A stretch of DNA of 64,000 nt, taken from the NCBI RefSeq assembly GCF_006345805.1, contig NC_043015.1, forward strand, positions 48,236,001 through 48,300,000, written 5' to 3'. This DNA comes from Octopus sinensis (lineage: Eukaryota). Position 1 is the first letter of the stretch. Each line of letters starts with the position of its first letter. This document shows positions 1-14,600 of this stretch, one piece after another. The notes beneath the pieces were generated by a model. It ran no database searches, was not told the DNA's origin, and was given only the letters and a program-made list of their open reading frames with translations. Position numbers and translations under genes: made by a program.

Positions 1-699
1 TAAAACTTGCATGGTCTCTCGAATAATTTAACCCTAAATTCATTTTAGAGTAGGGGTTAGATAGACATGCTTTTTTAAGATGAATTCATTGATATGTTCA
101 ATGGTGTGTTATACATTACATAAGATATGTTTAGAGGTGCAGTGTGGCTATGGGGCTTGGATGTCTGTTTCACAACCATGGGGTTTTGAGTTCAGTCCCA
201 CTGTACAGCATCTTGGGTAAGTGTCTTCTACTACAGTCCAGACCAACCAAAGCCTTGTTAGTCGATTTGGTCTGAGGAATCTGAAGGAAGCCTGTTGTGT
301 GTGTGTGTTTGTGTGTGTGTGTATGTGTGTGTGTGGGTGTGTGTGTGTGTTACAACCTCTCTGCCTCTAAAATCACGTGATAGTTGTAAATGCATGTCAC
401 CATAAATCAGGCAGCATCCTTTGTTTCCAATCTTCCATGGAAACATGTCTTGTCATGGGGGAAATATCATCTTTGGTGAGAGTTGGTGACAGGAAGGGCA
501 TTGGAAATTTGCTTCAACAAATTCCCTTCAACCTGTGTGAGCATGGAAAATTGGACATCAAAACGATGATCATCATCATGATGACAAGTGTATACAATAG
601 TCAAACAGCCATAGCTGCTTTATTCCTCCTTCAAATGAATAAAAACACAAGGAAATCCTCTCCCATCACTCAAACAATGTGTGTAACCACCTGTCTAGT

Positions 700-886
700 G
701 CATTATTTACATTATTTACATTCAACAGATATTTGTCTTCATCTTGTTTGTTGTTAACCCGTTTCAGCTGATGTACCCTCCAAGCCTTCTTTAGGTGTCT
801 TGGGGAAATTTTGAACTTTGGTTCTCATTCCTAAGGTATTTTTCAATGTCATTATTGTTGTTGTTATAATAATAATAAGAATAATG

Positions 887-917
<31 letters not shown>

Positions 918-1166
918 TAATAATGATGATGATGATGATGATGACGATGACGACGACGACAACAACAACAACAACATCGAAAAATACCTTAGGAATGAGA
1001 ACCCAGGTTCGAAATTTTCCCGAGACACCTGAAGAAGGCTGGAGGGTATTTCAGGCGAAATGTTGTGTTAACAACAAACGAGATGAGGACAAATATCTGT
1101 TGAATGTAAATAATGTAAATAATGTAAATAATGCACATAATTCCTCATCTCTTAAATATAGAACTG
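700..1166. mobile_element. Fold-back Penelope-like non-autonomous element with minimal HHR (copy 1)
   Basis: ~165-bp inverted arms around a triplet microsatellite, ~30-nt one-sided tail, near-perfect 12-bp TSD cacctgt(c/g)tagt at 688-699 and 1167-1178, HHR core at 1024-1069. Confidence 0.65.
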
Positions 1167-1277
1167 CACCTGTGTAGTATTGTCAACTTTGAAAATTTAA
1201 ACATGTGCTTCTTGTTTGCTTAATTTCCATTGACTTCTATTCTCATTGATACATTAAGATACAATATCATCTTGCAG

Positions 1278-1448
1278 AAATGGTGGATGGATTTTGGATA
1301 ATTTCCCATTAACTCAAGAACACTGGCAGTTGTGTTCAGACTTTAATTTAATCCCAGACACTGTCATTTGTTTGATTGATACATCAGATCAATGGAGTTG
1401 GTTAATGCATCAATGGGCAGAACATTTCTTTGCTACTGTCAAACACAG
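1278..1448 (+). CDS. AK9: AK9 exon ([16 protein letters not shown]...FATVKH)
   Basis: ttgcag acceptor, gtttgt donor, adenylate-kinase GWILDxFP motif, phase 2/2. Confidence 0.9.
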
Positions 1449-1786
1449 GTTTGTATAAGTTTAAAAGTCTTTTACATTTGTTTCCAATTTCAAACTTTGG
1501 CACAAGGCCAGCAATTCCAGGGAAGGAGGTAAGTTGATTACAATGGGTTCTTCTGCCCAGCTTAATTCCATATGTTCAGCTGTTCTGCTAACTTATATAA
1601 AATATTTACAGTATAGGCACAGGAATGGCTGTGTGGTAAGTAGCTTGCTAACCAACCACATGGTTGCGGGTTCAGTCCCACTGCTTGACATCTTGGGCAA
1701 GTGTCTTCTGCTATATCCCCGGGCCGACCAATGCCTTGTGAGAGGATTTGGTAGACGGAAACTGAAAGAAGCCTGTCGTATATATG

Positions 1787-1823
<37 letters not shown>

Positions 1824-4800
1824 TTGTGTGTCTGTGTTTGTCCCCCTAGCATTGCTTGACAACCGATGCTGGTGTGTTTACGTCCCCGTCACTTAGCGGT
1901 TCGGCAAAAGAGATTTTGAGGATCTGATCAAAGACATTGCAATTCAAAAAAGTAGGAGGAAACTTTTCAAATATAAATAAAGTGGAAGTATACAAAAATA
2001 AACATTATTTTCCCTCTTACTGTTTTTTTTTTCATTTTGAAAAATAAAAATTTATTTTGTGGTTTGTTATTGTTTATATTTTGAATTACATAATCTTTTA
2101 TGGGGGCACCAAAATCTTTTTAAGTGCTTAGGGCCTTGGTGGGTCTTAATCCAGCCCTGCACATCATCAGTAATTAATTTTATAAGCAAATTATTAGTAA
2201 TTAATTTTATATGCAAATTATCAGTAATTTATATGCCAATCATCAGTAATTAATTTATATGTATATCATCAGTAATTAATTTTATGTGCAAATTATCAAA
2301 TTTAAATGCAAATCTTCTATCTCTGCCCCTTTCCATGACCACCACTGCCGGATTTTAAAAACTTCAGATGTTTCTTATAACTACAAACAAACACAACTGT
2401 CCTTCATTTACATTTAATTCTGAATCATATTTCTTTCTTGTCTTTCAGGAAAGCAGGTAAATATAATGTAATCAAAGTTGAAGTTGGTAAATATGTCTTT
2501 GCTATCACCTGATCAAGTGAGATGTTTATTGCTAGCAACAGTAAAAATACCAATAAAAACAACAATAACAATTCTAACAACAATACTAATAAAAGGCGCA
2601 TGGCTCAGTGGTTAGAGCATTCGGCTCACAATCATGAGGTAGTGAGGTCGATTCCTGGACTGGGCTGTGTGCTGTGTTCTTGAGCAAGACACTTTATTTC
2701 ACGTTGCTCCAGTTCACTCAGCGGTAGAAATGAGTTGCAGTGTAACTGGTGCCAGCCTTTGCCTCTCCTTTGGATAACATCAGTGGTGTGGAGAGGAGAG
2801 ACTGGTATGCATGGGCAACTGCTGGTCTTCCATAAACAACCTTGCCTGGACTTGTGCCTTGGAGGGGAACTTTCTAGGTGCAATCCGATGGTCATTCATG
2901 ACCGAAGCGGGTATTTACTCTTTACTAATAAAAGTTGAGACCCCCTTCGGTCATGACTTACTGTGGGATTACACCTAGAAAGTTACTCTCCCAGGCACAA
3001 GTCCGGGCAAGGTGGTTTATGGAAGACCAGCAGTTGCCCATGCGTACCGGCCTCCCCTCTCCACACCACCAGTGTTATCCAAGGGAAAAGCAATGGCCGA
3101 TACAGCTTGGCACCTGTGACATCGCAACTTATTTCTACGGCTGAGTGAACTGGAGCAACGTGAAATAAAGTGTCTTGCTCAAGAACACAACACACAGCCC
3201 GGTCCAGGATTCAAACTCACAACCTCACGATCGTAAACTCGATGCTCTAACCACTGGGCCATGCGGCTTCACTAATAAAAAAATCAAATAAAAAACAGGA
3301 AAAATAATCTAGAATCCTTGTCTGGTACCAGATTGATCCCAAAATCTAATCAGTTTGTGCCAATTACGAGGCCGAACTTCCCTGAAAGTTTCATCTGAAT
3401 CGATCCTGTAGCAATAACAATAAAAATAACAAGGTTAGTAATAGAAATGATGGTCACTGCCATCGATTTTGATGTATAAGTAATGATTCAATGTCTGAGT
3501 ATTTGAAGATTTAAGAGAAAAATAAAAGAAGCTGCATCTATTTATGATGGATGAGTGAATGTGATGCAAGTGCAGGGATGGGTTTTGCTATGGAGTTACA
3601 CTTGAGACACTGATGGGATCGGACAAATGTATCTGTTGGTTGCAGGATATAATTCTTTTTAGATAATCAGAACAATGATAAGACTAACAAGAGCACTCAG
3701 AGAGCGCGAACCTCCGCCAAGGCAACACCGACGTCCCCTCAATGATTAGCCGGAGATGATTTTTTAAATGGAAATCTCTCTCTATCTGCTCAGTCGAAGT
3801 CGACTCTCGGTCACTCGTTGGATCAGTGTCCTCCAGTCAGTTCTATCCTGGGCCGCTTCTTTCAGATTGGCTATGTCCATCCCGGTATTACTCTTGATGG
3901 TGTCAAATATCTGAAATAAAACTCAATTGCTCTCACAAATGAGAATACTAATTATGAACCTGATCGCTCTCAAAAATTAAATAAAAAAACAGGAAAAATA
4001 ATCTAGAATCCTTGTCCGGTACCAGATTGATCCCAAAATCTAACCAGTTTGTGCCAGTTACAAGTTGTGCCAAACTTCCCTGAAAGTTTCATCCGAATCC
4101 ATCAAGTGGTTCTTGAGATATCTTGTCCATGGACAAACAAACAAACGGACATGACTGAAAGCAATACTTCCACCTTCGCTAAGGCCGGGGGTAATAACAA
4201 GAAAAACAACAGCAATGCAATACTAATAACAACATTTAAAGCAGCAGTTTAAAAATTTTTTTTTGTATTTCCTTCATTTCCAATCTTCCATGAAAAACAT
4301 GCCTCGTCATAAAGAAATACTGACTTGGAAAAGGGCAACAGGAAGAGCATTGCGACATATAAAAATATGGCTTCAACAAATTCTGTCCAACGCATGCAAG
4401 CATGGGAAAGTGGATGTTAAAACAATGACGACGATGATGTCATCTTTGTTGTTGTCAATGTTAGCGACGGTAGTGGCAATGACGGGTCAGGTTGACTATC
4501 AACCCCAATGGTTTTTCGTAGTCTGGGAATATTTAAAATGGGCAGACATGTTGCCACTCTGTCACACCTCATTTTTCCTTGATTGAATTTTATTTGAAAT
4601 TGGTCATTATTGCAAATAAATAATTCAAAGAAAGTTTGTTTCATTGATTGTAGCAATTGACAGTATTTTCTTTCTTTCTTTCTTTCTTTCTTTCTTTTTT
4701 TGTTGCTGTTCCTTCTGGGGTTTTTTTAAGAAGAGGAGGAGGAGGAAGAAGAAGAGGAAGAATTCTATAATGAAGATACTAGACTTGGAAAACCCGAGGG

Positions 4801-7800
4801 AAGACAACTTGGGGAAGAAAATGCTGAAGAAGAACTAGAACAAGAGCAAGAAGAAGAAGAAGAAGGGCAAGAAGAGCAAGAGAAAGAAGAGGAGAAATTG
4901 GAAAAAGACAGTGAACAGGAGAAAGAAGAGAAAGAAGCAAAAGAAGAAGCAGCAGAAGAAGAAGCAGAAAAAGAGGAAGAAGATGAGAAAAAAGAGGAAG
5001 AAAAAGAACAAGAAATGGTAAATAAAGAGGGAGAAGAAGGAGAAGTGGAAGAGGGAGAGGTAGAAGAGGAAGAAGAAGCAGTAAAACAGGAAGAATTAAA
5101 ATCGAAAACTCATTCTGTGTCAGACATGATTCCTAAGGGAGCAGAAGGTAAATATTTGTTTAGTATTCATGTATTTTATTTAGTATTTGATGTACTTCAT
5201 TTAATATTTAATGTACTTAAAGTGGCAATCTGGCAGAATCATAGGCACACCGGGCAGAATGCTCAGTCGCATTTCGTCTGTCTTTACGTTCTGAGTTCAA
5301 ATACTGCTGGGTCAACTTTGCCTTTCATCCTTTCAAGGTCAGTAAAATAAGTACCAGTTGAGCACTGGGGGGGTCAATGTAATTGACTTGCCCCCTCCCC
5401 TGAACTTGCTGGCCTTGTGCCAAAATTTGAAGCCAGTATTTAATGTACTCCATTTAATATTTGATGTACTCCACTCAATATTTGATATATTTCACTCAGT
5501 ATTTGATGTACTTCACTCAATATTTGATGTACTACACTCAATATTTGATGTACTCCACTCAGTATTTGATGTACTTCACTCAATATTTGATGTACTTCAC
5601 TCAATATTTGATGTACTCCACTCAATATTTGATATATTTCACTCAATATTTGATGTACTTCACTCAATATTTGATGTACTACACTCAGTATTTGATGTAC
5701 TCCACTCAATATTTAATATATCTCACTCAATATTTGATAGACTTCACTCAATATTTGATTTGCTTCACTCAATATTTGATGTACTCTGTTTAATATTGGT
5801 TTCAAATTTTAGCTCAAGCCAACAATTTTGAGGAAGGGCATAAGTTGATTACGTTGACCCCAGTACGCAACTGGTACTTATTTTATTGACCCTGAAATGA
5901 TGAAAAGCACAGTCAACCCTTGTAGAATTTGAACTCAGAATGTAAAGACAGACAAGATGCCACTAAGCATTTTGTCCGACTCAGTAATGATTCTGCCAGT
6001 TTGCAACCTTTGTCCTCCATTTAACATGAAATGTACTTCATTTAGTATTTAAAATACTTGTTTCATTTAATGTACTTCATTTGATATTTTATGTACTTGC
6101 TTTATTTAATATTTCTGGTTTTCATAAGAGTCTGACTTGTTCCTTCTCGAGCCACGCCTGGCTCATAAGGGCCGGTTTCCCGGTTTCCTTGGCGTATAGG
6201 TTCCCCACCTGGATGGGACGCCGGTCCGTCGCAGGTGAGCTACTGGCTTCCGTGTCGGTGGCACGTAAAAACACCATCCGAATCATGGCCGAAGCCAGTG
6301 CCGCCTCGACTGGCCTCCATGCAGGTGGCACGTAAAATGCACCAACCCGACCGTGGCCGATGCCAGCCTCGCCTGGCACCAGTGCAGGTGGCACGTAAAA
6401 AGCATCCACTACACTCACAGAGTTGTTGGCATTAGGAAGGGCATCCAGCTGTAGAAACTTTGCCAGATAAGACCAGAACCTGGTACAGCCTTCTGGCTTC
6501 CCAGATCCCCGGTCGAACCGTCCAACCCATGCTAGCATGGAGAACGGACGTTAAACAATGATGATGATGATGATGATATACGACGGACTTCTTTCAGTTT
6601 CCGTCTACCAAATCCACTCACAAGGTGTTTGGTCGGCCCGAGGCTATAGTAGAAGACACTTGCCCAAGGTGCCGCGCAGTGGGACTGAACCCGGAACCAT
6701 GTGGTTGGTAAACAAGCTACTTACCACACAGCCACCCCTGCGCCTTTGTATATGATTTGCAAGATTCTTCATGTGAATTTGTATTGGAACAAATTTTGTT
6801 GTGTCTAGGGATTGTCATTATCATTATGCCAATATTATTTTTTTTCTTTTTTTTTTCTACAGAAATGGAATTCATGGAAGAAGCAATATTTGTAAGAATT
6901 TTTTTTTTTTTATAATTGTTTTTCAAATTTTTTTTTCCTATACAAAGGAAAAAAATCCCAAGTTCTTATAAACAGTTCCAAAGTGGAATAAAATGGTTTG
7001 CTGTGAGAAAGCAATAAACCAGGATAACGGTAAAACGGAGAAAGCAGTAGCATTGATCGAGTGTCTAAGCACACCCCAAATGCACACACTTTTTTGAAGA
7101 ATGGAAAGCATGTGTGCTTTTATCATCATCACTATAATCATCATCACCATCACCACCACCACCACCATCATCATCATCACCATCATCATCACCATCATCA
7201 TCACCATCATCATCACTATCATCATCATCATCACCATAATCATCATCATCATCATCATCACCATCATCATCACCACCATTATCATCATCATCATCATCAC
7301 CATAATCATCATCATCACCACCACCATCATCATCATCATCATCACAACCACTACCATCATCATCATCATCATCATCATCACCATCACCATAATCATCATC
7401 ATCACCACCATTATCTTCATCCTCATCATCATCACCATCATCAACACCATCAGCAGTAGCATCAGCATCATCATCACCATTGTCATCACCATCATTGTCG
7501 TCGTTGTCGTCGCCGTTGTTGTTGTTGTCATTCAACATGAGCTTCTCCATCCTTGCGTGGGTGGAACGGACGGAATTTGGTGAGGCGGATCTTCTATAGC
7601 CGGATGGTCTTCCTTGTTGCCAACTGACACCTGTCCCCAGCAGCAAGGTAATAACTTCCCCACGACAAACATGTTTTTGTGGAAGATTGGAAATGAAGGC
7701 TACCGCTTGCAGGATGGTGACATTTGTTTACAACTAGCACATGAAGTCAAGACAAGGAGACAATAACACACACACACACACACACACCACACACACACAC

Positions 7801-7812
7801 ACATTTACATAT

Positions 7813-7852
<40 letters not shown>

Positions 7853-7893
7853 TTACATATGTACACACACACCACACACACACATTTACATAT

Positions 7894-7927
<34 letters not shown>

Positions 7928-7935
7928 TTACATAT

Positions 7936-7975
<40 letters not shown>

Positions 7976-8019
7976 TTACATATGTACACACACACACACA
8001 CACACACACATTTACATAT

Positions 8020-8051
<32 letters not shown>

Positions 8052-8127
8052 TTACATATGTACACACACACACACACACACACATTTACATATGTACACA
8101 CACACACACACACACACATTTACATAT

Positions 8128-8163
<36 letters not shown>

Positions 8164-8620
8164 TTACATATGTACACACACACATACACACATGTACAGA
8201 GTGTTTGAAGTCGTATACTCTTTTACTCTTTTACTCGTTTCAGTCATTTGACTGCGGCCATGCTGGAGCACCGCCTTTAGTCGAGCAACTCGACACCAGG
8301 ATTTATTCTTTTGTAAGCCCAGTACTTATTCTATCGGTCTCTTTTGCCGAACCGCTAAGTGACGGGGACGTAAACACACCAGCATCGGTTGTCAAGCAAT
8401 GCTAGGGGAACAAACACAGACACACAAACACACACATACATATATATATATACGTATATACGACAGGGTTCTTTCAGTTTCCGTCTACCAAATCCACTCA
8501 CAAGGCATTGGTCGGCCCGGGGCTATAGCAGAAGACACTTGCCCAAGATGCCATGCAGTGGGACTGAACCCGAAACCATGTGGTTGGTTAACAAGCTACT
8601 TACCACACAGCCACTCCTGC

Positions 8621-8655
<35 letters not shown>

Positions 8656-11600
8656 CTCTCTTTTTACTCGTTTCAGTCATTTGACTGCGGCCATGCTGGA
8701 GTAGCGCCTTTAATCGAGCAACTCGACCCCGGAACTTATTCTTTTGTAAGCCCAGTACTTATTCTATCGGTCTCTTTTGCCGAACCGCTAAGTGACGGGG
8801 ATATAAACACACCAGCATCGGTTGTCATGCAATGCTAGGGGGACAAACACACACACACATATATATACATATATACGACGGGCTTCTTTCAGTTTCCGTC
8901 TACCAAATCCACTCACAAGGCTTTGGTTGGCCTGAGGCTATAGTAGAAGACACTTGTATATATATATATACAACAAAAACTTTTTACCACACAGCTATGC
9001 CTTGAATAATTATAATCATATTTTGTTGTATCTAGTGTGTGGAGGAGGGGAGCTCATTATGCCAAAAATAAACACAGTCTTAAATAAATTTTGTCTTCAG
9101 TTCTACCGTTTTGCTTATTTTTCAATTACTTCTCTCTGTCCCTGTGAAATTTAGACTGATGGTGAAACAGAAATAACTTTAAGTGATGTGATGTATAAAG
9201 AGTCATCTGAAGAGTATAGAAAATCATTGAAAATTGCAAACACTATTCTTAGCGGTGCAATTGAAAGTGTCAAAACTTTCATGGGTATGGACCCTGTTAT
9301 AATTCCTATTGAGAATCAAACTACTGAAGATATTTTCATGAAAGTTGTAGAAGAAATTGAAAGTAAGTAGAAATTAAAATTTTTAAAAACTTTTTTAAGC
9401 CTTTAGTGTTCAAATTGTGGAGGCGCAATGGCCCAGTGGTTAGGGCAGCGGACTCACGGTCATAGGATCGCGGTTTCGATTCCCAGACAGGGCGTTGTGA
9501 GTGTTTATTGAGCGAAAACACCTAAAGCTCCACGAGGCTCTGGCAGGGGATGGTGGTGATCCCTGCTGTACTCTTTCACCACAACTTTCTCTCACTCTTA
9601 CTTCCTGTTTCTGTTGTACCTGTATTTCAAAGGGCCGGCCTTGTCACTCTCTGTGTCACGCTGAATATCCCCGAGAACTATGTTAAGGGTACACGTGTCT
9701 GTGGAGTGCTCAGCCACTTACACGTTAATTTCACGAGCAGGCTGTTCCGTTGATTCGGATCAACCGGAACCCTCGTCGTCGTAACCGATGGAGTGCTTCC
9801 ATAGTGTTCAAATTAATATGTCATAAGTAATCCTTATTCATTCACATTTCTAAAAATTTATCTGGTATTATCTTGTAGCTTCATGATTTGAAAGATGTAA
9901 TTGTTTATTTTTAGAATTACATTGCAGGGTAGGTGTGAGATCCTGGTTCCGGCCAGTTTGAGCATGAAATGAGTAGAATATTCGGGCCGGATATAGCCGG
10001 TTTAAACACTAAAGGGTTTAATGAAGCAGAATTTGAAAGGAAACTTAAATCACGTTATGGCTTGGGTGTATATGTTGGGTGTAAAAATAGTATTACCCAA
10101 ATAAAATATTTGGAATGTGGTTTTCTAGAATAACCTATCGCAGAATTATTATGATCACACAGAATGCACTTAATACTACTCAAACGTAGGTACAATATTC
10201 AACCAACACACGTCACACTAACACAGTAACCAATAACGGTTGACCATCACTGTGAACTGCTGCTGACAGTTCACATAGTTCTTTATTTATTGGAATCTGC
10301 TAGTCCATTTTCAGTCACATGGGTGTGTTCAGGATCCTCCCACGACAAATAATATATTGATTACAAATTTTGGCACAAGGTTGACAATTTTGGTGGAAAA
10401 AGTAAGTTGGTTACATTGACCCCTGTTCTACAACGAAAGTTCTACAACGAAAGTTGTAGACACAGAATAAAGCTACGAAAGAGCCGTAAAATTTCACAAT
10501 AAAAGTATTTTGTATGTTAATTCAAATAACATCGGAAAGGATTAAATTAAAAAGTAATGAAATATAGGAATGAATTTATCCAACAACCTTATAGATAAGG
10601 TTGGTTTAATTAGGAAATTCCTAGTAAGTATCTAATGCATCTAATTGTTTATTGTTGTTTGCTTATAACAGAACTTTTCAAACATGAAGCCATTGAGTAT
10701 TCTGTTACTGAAATGGAAGAAGATGATGCAAATTATGATGCTGATATGGAGGAGGATGAGAAAGAAGAAGAAGATGACAATTATGATGAAGAGGTATTGT
10801 CTTGACATCATTCATTCTAATCAATTTTACATGCAATTACTTTTCAATTAGCAAAAACAATTTGTATTGTAGTGAGCACACAAAAGTTGTGTCGCAAATT
10901 AATAAACACTTACATCAGTTCAAACATGTATGAGACATATTTAGCCTGTATAAAGGCTATATTCACTGCTAATCTGTTGTGAAGAATCTTTCTTACTGTT
11001 AGACAATAGGTTTTGAAAGACACCAACAGAATGCATTTCTCACTTCTTGGCAGTCATCAGCAAATTGTACTGCAAGAGGGACAACCCTGAAATGACTTTG
11101 GAAACCTTTCTTTCCTTATAGTAAATGAATATCAAAACACCCTTCACCTAGAGCAAGAAAAGTTCCCCAGCACAAATTAGCAGTGAATATGACCTTTGTG
11201 CAGGTCAAATATGTCCCCAAAATTTTTGAACTGATTTAAATGTTTGTTATACACAACACTGCTTTCATGCACTCACTACAATATTTTGTATAGCCAGGGT
11301 TGGCATTGCACTTGACCAGCTAAATATTTTTATGCTGCTTTACTATAAGGAAACAGATGTTTTTGAAGTCATTTCAGGGTTGTCTCTCTTGTGATACATG
11401 GTGCTGATGATTGCGAAAAGTGAGAAAGGTTCTCCACAACAAATAAGCAAAGAGTATTACCTTTGTACTGGATACATTTACTTTGTCCTAAATACATTTA
11501 CTCTTTTACTCTTTTACTTGTTTCAGTCATGTGACTGTGGCCGTGCTGGAGCACCGCCTTTAGTCGAGCAAATCGACCCCAGGACTTATTCTTTGTAAGC

Positions 11601-14600
11601 CTAGTACTTATTCTATTGGTCTGTTTTACTGAATCGCTAAGTTACGGGGACGTAAACACACCAGCATCGGTTGTCAAGCGATGTTGGTGGGGGGGGGACA
11701 AACACAGACACACAAACACACACACACACATATATATACGACAGGCTTCTTTCAGTTTCCGCCTACCAAATCCACTCACAAGGCATTGGTCAGCCCAAGC
11801 CTATAGTAGAAGACACCTGCCCAAGGTGCCACGCAGTGGGACTGAACCCGGAACCATGTGGTTCGTAAGCAAGCTACTTACCACACAGCCACTCCAGCGC
11901 CTACAGATTAAAATCTTTGTTTATATACAACATTGCTTTTGTGTGTCCACTACAATATTTCTTTTAGCTGAGGCTGGTGTCATATGTGGTCAGCAAATTC
12001 TTTTATGCCGATAGGGAAGCAAATGTTTCCAAAGTCATTTCAAGGTTGTCTCTCTTGTAGTACATGGTACTGATGATTGTCAAGAAGTGAGAAATGTGTC
12101 CACCATCCAACACCTATTGCCTAAAGTAAAAAAAAAAAGGTTCTCCATTGTAATATGAAATATGTCCCAAACATATTTGGACTGATCTAAATGTTTAAAA
12201 AACAACATAATTTTTTAAATAATTTTTTCCCAACAAATGTATTTTTCTTTTTTTTTTTCTTTTGTAGGAAGAAGATCCCAGAATAAGTAAGAAGAGATTA
12301 CTAGGTGATGTAAGTCATTATTGTCCAGTAATGTTGAAAGAAAAAGGTGTTTTAATCTCAGCAAGACATGAAGTAGCAGTCAGATATGACAGTAAACTGT
12401 ATTACTTGACATCCATTGAAATATCAGACCAGTTTGTTGCACAACCAGAGGACTATACCCCCAAAGACAAACCATTCCAGGTTTGTAATATAAATCAATT
12501 TATCAACAATACTATTTTAATAACTGAAAATTACAATTTGGTTGCTAATTTAATCCTTAGGAGATGACAGGGCTGATCTATCAACTGAAAAGTGAAATGA
12601 TGAAGAAGATTGTATTAGTTCTTTCAATTTCCTACAAGAATATGTATAGTTTTATATACGTAAATTAATTTATTTCAAAAAAGGTTTTTTGAAAAATAAC
12701 CAGTCCATTTAAGTGTACCCTTCAATCATTGAGCAATAAACTGTGCATGAGAAGACCTCTTGAGTCAAGTGAAATCATTGTCATGGCTGATGCCAGTGCT
12801 GCCTGATTGGCTCCTATGCTGGTAGCACGAAAAAAGCACCATTCAAGCGTGGTCAATGCCAGTAATGCCTGACTGGCTCCTGTGCAAGTGGCACATAAAA
12901 AGTACCATTCAAGCATGGTTGTTGCCAGTGCCACCTGACTAGCTCCTGTGCTGGTGGAATGTAAAAAGCACCATTCAAGCGTGGCTGTTGCCAGTGCCGC
13001 CTGACTAGCTCCTGTACTGGTGGCATGTAAAAAGCACCATTCAAGCGTGGCTGTTGCCAGTGCCGCCTGACTAGCTCCTGTGCTGGTGGTATGTAAAAAG
13101 CACCATTCAAGCGTGGCTGTTGCCAGTGCCGCCTGACTAGCTCCTGTACTGGTGGCATGTAAAAAGCACCATTCAAGCGTGGCTGTTGCCAGTGCCGCCT
13201 GACTAGCTCCTGTACTGGTGGCATGTAAAAAGCACCATTCAAGCGTGGCTGTTGCCAGTGCCGCCTGACTAGCTCCTGTACTGGTGGCATGTAAAAAGCA
13301 CCATTCAAGCGTGGCTGTTGCCAGTGCCGCCTGACTAGCTCCTGTACTGGTGGCATGTAAAAAGCACCATTCAAGCGTGGCTGTTGCCAGTGCCGCCTGA
13401 CTAGCTCCTGTACTGGTGGCATGTAAAAAGCACCATTCAAGCGTGGCTGTTGCCAGTGCCGCCTGACTAGCTCCTGTGCTGGTGGAATGTAAAAAGCACC
13501 ATTCAAGCGTGGCTGTTGCCAGTGCCGCCTGACTTGCTCCTGTACTGGTGGCATGTAAAAAGCACCATTCAAGCGTGGCTGTTGCCAGTGCCGCCTGACT
13601 AGCTCCTGTGCTGGTGGTATGTAAAAAGCACCATTCAAGCGTGGTCAATGCCAGTAATGCCTGACTGGCTCCTGTGCAAGTGGCACATAAAAAGTACCAT
13701 TCAAGCATGGTTGTTGCCAGTGCCACCTGACTAGCTCCTGTGCTGGTGGCATGTAAAAAGCACCATTCAAGCGTGGCTGTTGCCAGTGCCACCTGACTGG
13801 CTCCTGTGCAAGTGGCACATAAAAAGTACCATTCAAGCATAGTTGTTGCCAGTGCTGCCTGACTGGCTCCTGTGCAAGTGGGACATAAAAAGTACCATTC
13901 AAGCATAGTTGTTGCCAGTGCCGCCTGACTAGCTCCTGTGCTGGTAGCATGAAAAAAGCACCATTCAAGCGTGGTCAATGCCAGTAATGCCTGACTAGCT
14001 CCTGTGCTGGTGGCATGTAAAAAGCACCATTCAAGCGTGGCTGTTGCCAGTGCTGCCTGACTAGCTCCTGTGCTGGTGGCATGTAAAAAGCACCATTCAA
14101 GCGTGGCTGTTGCCAGTTCCGCCTGACTTGCTCCCATGCTGGTGGCATGTAAAAAGCACCATTCAAGCATAGCTGTTACCCATACTCAAGAAAACCCATC
14201 CTCTGCTCCAGAAATGTTAATTCTTTTGCTCTAGACAATTTAATTATTCTAAATAAATTCCTACATTTTATGAAGATTTTGTGACTTTCTCTTCCAGCCT
14301 CCACCACTTCGGATCTGCATACTCGGTGCACATGGCTCAGGGAAAACTGTTTATGGCCGTTACATAGCAAATAAACTTGGTATCTTCCACATTTCATTCA
14401 AAGAAAAATTACAAGAATTGATTATCAAAAAGACTGGCAGGAAAATTGGCCCCTTATATGAAGAGGATACTGCTACAGACTATGGGTCACTGTAAGTAGA
14501 GAGAAGTAGATAGAACACTGAAAATGTATCTGTTGTATGTGATTATGGAGGAACGTTTTATGGGTTTTATACGTCCTATGTGTAGGCGCAGATGTGGTCA

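Noticed and set aside
5358-5831. 157-aa leucine-rich-repeat-like ORF (IFDVLHS)n
   Set aside because: It is a 21-bp minisatellite between SINE fragments, with no splice signals fitting the gene.
7768-8198. CRISPR-like pattern of a constant motif with variable spacers
   Set aside because: The spacers are just (CA)n, the context is eukaryotic and there are no cas genes.
6938-8251. Poly-His/Asp/Met and HT/CV-rich ORFs
   Set aside because: These are microsatellite translations, as are most ORFs in the track.
12722-14170. 482-aa minus-strand ORF
   Set aside because: It is the translation of a 66-bp tandem repeat derived from an RTE UTR, with no domain content.
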